A DNA stretch of 63,980 bases, counting the filler, from Diploschistes diacapsis (taxonomy: Eukaryota): NCBI GenBank assembly GCA_023645945.1. It is 5 parts of 5 records of this genome, joined end to end, with 100 filler letters (N's around TTAATTAATTAA, not from the genome) between each part and the next. Parts side by side here need not be neighbours in the genome. Positions count along the whole stretch, not along the records: positions 51,511 to 63,980 come from JALAIB010000736.1; 4 more parts are not named here. One strand, given 5' to 3'. This document shows positions 61,801 through 63,980 of the stretch, one piece after another. Position 1 is the stretch's first letter, and each line of letters opens with the position of its first letter. Both the position numbers and the translations under genes were made by a program. The notes beneath the pieces were generated by a model. It did no database searches. It worked only from the letters and a program-made list of their open reading frames with translations, and was not told where the DNA came from.

Positions 61801-62873
61801 ACCCTTCCGAGTCTAAAAAGGAGCGAAAGAAGGGCGTATCCCGGGAAAGCACATTCTCTGGCCTCCCCCGCATCTCGGGCCCGTTCTCATCCGAAGAAAA
61901 ATCCGCCCTCGAATCCTTCAAAAGCCGCTACATATCCAAGTACGCTCTGAACGACGTGCAGTTTACCGAGCTCGTGCACGCCTCGGCACGCCTGGCAGGG
62001 ACCGTCTCCGAGTTATGGGACAAGGTTGGCGAGGTGTGTCCTCGCCGGGACAGACAGGCGCTTCAGAAGTTCTGTCGGCGGTACTGGCACGGGGTTGAGA
62101 AAAGGGGGCGTTGGGGCAAGGAGGAGGATAGGGTTTTGAGGAGGTTGGTTGTTGAAAAGGATAAGAGGTGGGTGGCGATTGCAGAAGAGATGGGGAGGAT
62201 GGCGGAGGATGTTAGGGACCGGTGGAGGAATATCGTTTGTACTGATGCAGAGTCGGAGGGCCAGGGGAAGAAGGAGAGCGTGGTGGAAGGGGATGAGGTC
62301 GAAGGTGAAGAGGAAGAGGAAGAGGATGAGAAAGATACAGGTAGAAGGGCGAGGGGGAGATGGAGGAAAGAAGACAGAGAAGCGCTAACAGCGGCGGTGG
62401 GCGAGATCGGGGCGCTTGAGCTGCGGAAAAGGATGAAAAATGCACCAACGGACTTTAGGGGACTTGTCGAGAATGATATGAAGAAGCTGGTTGTTTGGGG
62501 AGACGTGAGTAAGAGAATGGGCGGAAGGAGGGGAAGGCTGCAGTGCATGTACATGTGGAATAGACTCGTGGCGCAAAAGGTGGTTGGGCTGGGGCCCTTG
62601 ATCAGAGATACGGCGAAGAGGCTGAACATGTACTCCGTGGTGGCGGCGATCGAGAAGCACGATGCTGAAGTCAAAGGGAAGAAGAAGGGAAGGGAAAGGG
62701 ACGAAGAGGAGAAAGAAGAGAGCGTAGACGACGAGGGCCAAGAAGATGAAGAGAAGCGATCCGGTGCTGCTCAAGCCAACAAGGAAGAAGAAGAAGACGA
62801 AGAGGACTATGGAGGCCCAAGCGACGGAAACAGGAACGAAGACGAGGATGAGGACGAGGATGAAGTCATCTAG
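58872..62873 (+). CDS. Large single-exon Myb/SANT-repeat DNA-binding protein (Reb1/Nsi1/TTF1-like C-terminus)
   Basis: 1333-aa ORF with C-terminal GPFSSEEK, RGRWGKEED.VL..LV...KRWVAIAEEMGRMAEDVRDRWRN and W..VSKRMGG.R.RLQC...W, after a long low-complexity N-terminus. Confidence 0.85.
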   Translation: MGQTSLQINMDTQMDTPTQNKTNSEDGDEEEQSMSQSQRHSQTLGSSYRSSRNQSQCGTPTLWETLLQASQQVVGETEGGGEELSTSQRHSHSQTLGQTQLSSWNQSQNNTPNWRDRLQRASQQTVKELSQRSSRNQSQRSTPNLLNRLQQASQQAVRDAEASLRKGDPINKDQFEQAEREGIGGNGWMSTDVDGAFRTLVRRSVREGGTKAWVGDEGEKKENAQSLDALDSKRSRSRKRKGQKTFEEKETPQPFDTAFGIESRKRKRKGHKMRAGKGDSTPHPQFGRSNARKHASRMRFGESVFHSEEDYRKSRTSKSKRKEKKRNQDWSFMDLDDVSPPLSPSSPCQSEQDQQEPIHPTTGISSLSTVHRSGKGNAMHPLQPRSPALNSSQINDHVSIAQLLAGSDPTELGVEDMSVSAPPRSHPLDDLSSGNEEADDQDEEWNREAEDERALRGAPQLQTDSNLTELGVEDAKFSTLSGKNSLDDSSSDNEAVGKQNEVGSWESEEERRLEVAAQAKKVRHPPEVDAEEPLHSPDEDDDVYMDGASAGHEEYAESGELLGQRDGDELDTEGEAEPGNRDVDEENEAARNGIRSDRPSIFDASFASNLANIFKSKSKPAAMSKNVLWDEKARDNIRYNGSSIFDGTFASSLANIFESRTQPVPTAENVPSEEDERTTDEATESVTGPNSLQFKLKKRKGKQPLVNNESQDSSDDPSNNPFDKASTRARIRAETEREKNLRQLIGSGQQLQCSTSGRQPRDGQHAPLTGSVSVALPREAPAPSTGKRKRPLHANGPTTNPTHDSYAGSNAGKPPKRSKLSKSLKAPKNYVRDTSPSDEVGNTIPHKSPAPASSSPPQRSASPQPRSLSPRKSSKKHKLPTLSSTIPSPMSARRRAPPKSCAYVINSDESDIDEQTATSPINDDTSAPNRDSSSPGTKRLLYVSISPVASHRKHHPIVPKPQRRTKNASAVNPYLYNPSESKKERKKGVSRESTFSGLPRISGPFSSEEKSALESFKSRYISKYALNDVQFTELVHASARLAGTVSELWDKVGEVCPRRDRQALQKFCRRYWHGVEKRGRWGKEEDRVLRRLVVEKDKRWVAIAEEMGRMAEDVRDRWRNIVCTDAESEGQGKKESVVEGDEVEGEEEEEEDEKDTGRRARGRWRKEDREALTAAVGEIGALELRKRMKNAPTDFRGLVENDMKKLVVWGDVSKRMGGRRGRLQCMYMWNRLVAQKVVGLGPLIRDTAKRLNMYSVVAAIEKHDAEVKGKKKGRERDEEEKEESVDDEGQEDEEKRSGAAQANKEEEEDEEDYGGPSDGNRNEDEDEDEDEVI

Positions 62874-63980
62874 CCACTAATACCGAAGATACCCTAGAAG
62901 AAGCAGAAGACGCAAAGAAGACTCAAGAACGCTTAGGAGCAAATGACGAGAACGGCAACAATACACTTAGCTTTACTCTCCACAACCGCAAACCGTCACC
63001 CAGATACAAAAACAAATACACCCCAGCTCGCTCCTCCTCGCTTTCTACTTCCCCGCCAAACCGCCAAACCGCTCAACCCCAGCAACCAAAGCCCTAAAAG
63101 CAATCGGAGCAGCTGAAAAAGCCAACCAACCACCATCATGCACGAACAAGGCCCCCTGCACATCAGCACTCGCCAAACCTCGATATCAAAATACAATAGA
63201 GTAAATAAGTCATCAACTCTGAAGAAATCTCTGGAGCACGGCACGGCGTGGGGCTGAGGAGGGGAGAATATAACGACTGCATTCCAACAACAGGGCGGCG
63301 AGTGCCGGTGCTGGTGCCGGTGCTAATGGTGATACTGGCTGGGCGTGTCGACGAAGAGTGCGAAAAGGAAGGGTTAAGCGAGTGAATGAGCGAGTGAGGT
63401 CTAGTGCAGATTCATTCTGTATAGGTGGCTGGCTAGATAGAGCACGGAGAAGCAGGGCAGGAAGAGCACATAAAGAAGGGTAGGTAGTTAGGTACAGTTG
63501 TAATACTCGACTACCATTACCTAGTACAATACATAAAGACAAACCAGAACGTCACTTATCGTATCACGATGGTTTGAACGGAACAGGTAATGCTCCCGAG
63601 GCAAACGGATTATGTATCTACCCAACTGCGATGTAGCTTTGGATTGGCCGCTACCGCCACACACATTCATTTAATTGAGGAACAATTGCTTTTGAAAAAT
63701 CGAAATCGAAATTATTTTAATTTATTTCATTTCAGCTAAGGTACTCTGGTACAAGTACCTATTCCTCTTATTTCCAATGTTCTCATACCTTGCGTGTTGT
63801 TACATTCGTAGATAAGTAGATAACGCAGCTTCCTAGCAGCTAACTACTCCACTCCTACTTGCAAGAGAAAAGCACCAACGCAGGGGGTCTTACAGTAGAG
63901 AAGCAACGCAACCCAGGTCCCTCAACCTATTATTCTCCACCCCAGCCCAGAAAAAAGATCGAAAATCCCTTGTCCAAAGC

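Noticed and set aside
1..63980. tRNA, rRNA, CRISPR arrays or autonomous transposase/reverse transcriptase genes
   Set aside because: None recognised by eye. A tRNAscan-SE/Infernal run would be needed to exclude small ncRNAs.

Overview
Filamentous ascomycete (Pezizomycotina) genomic DNA with intron-containing genes. The window is not one locus. Four identical 100-nt spacers (N44-TTAATTAATTAA-N44) join five contigs of decreasing size (12792, 12788, 12767, 12763, >=12470 bp), which looks like a size-sorted concatenation, so adjacency across spacers has no biological meaning. Apparently intact genes: FAH-family hydrolase (5'-truncated), C2H2/fungal-specific transcription factor, WSC cell-wall sensor, phosphatidylserine synthase, amidase, AlkB dioxygenase, CDK1, a conserved unknown protein, a calpain-like protease, two F-box proteins (one 3'-truncated), Yta7/ATAD2, GCN20, a probably GPI-anchored AA12/sorbosone-dehydrogenase-like protein, allantoinase and a Myb/SANT Reb1-like protein. 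The ORF track misses three multi-lesion pseudogenes (DUF3500, ASPM/Sha1-like, RGS-domain), each carrying a MITE from one of two Tc1/mariner-superfamily-like families. The DUF3500 relic lies beside the FAH and transcription-factor genes and may be part of a decaying catabolic cluster. Several GC-rich islands switch from C-rich to G-rich on the + strand. All family calls come from motif recognition by eye; no searches were run. I found no firm evidence for a wholly new system.
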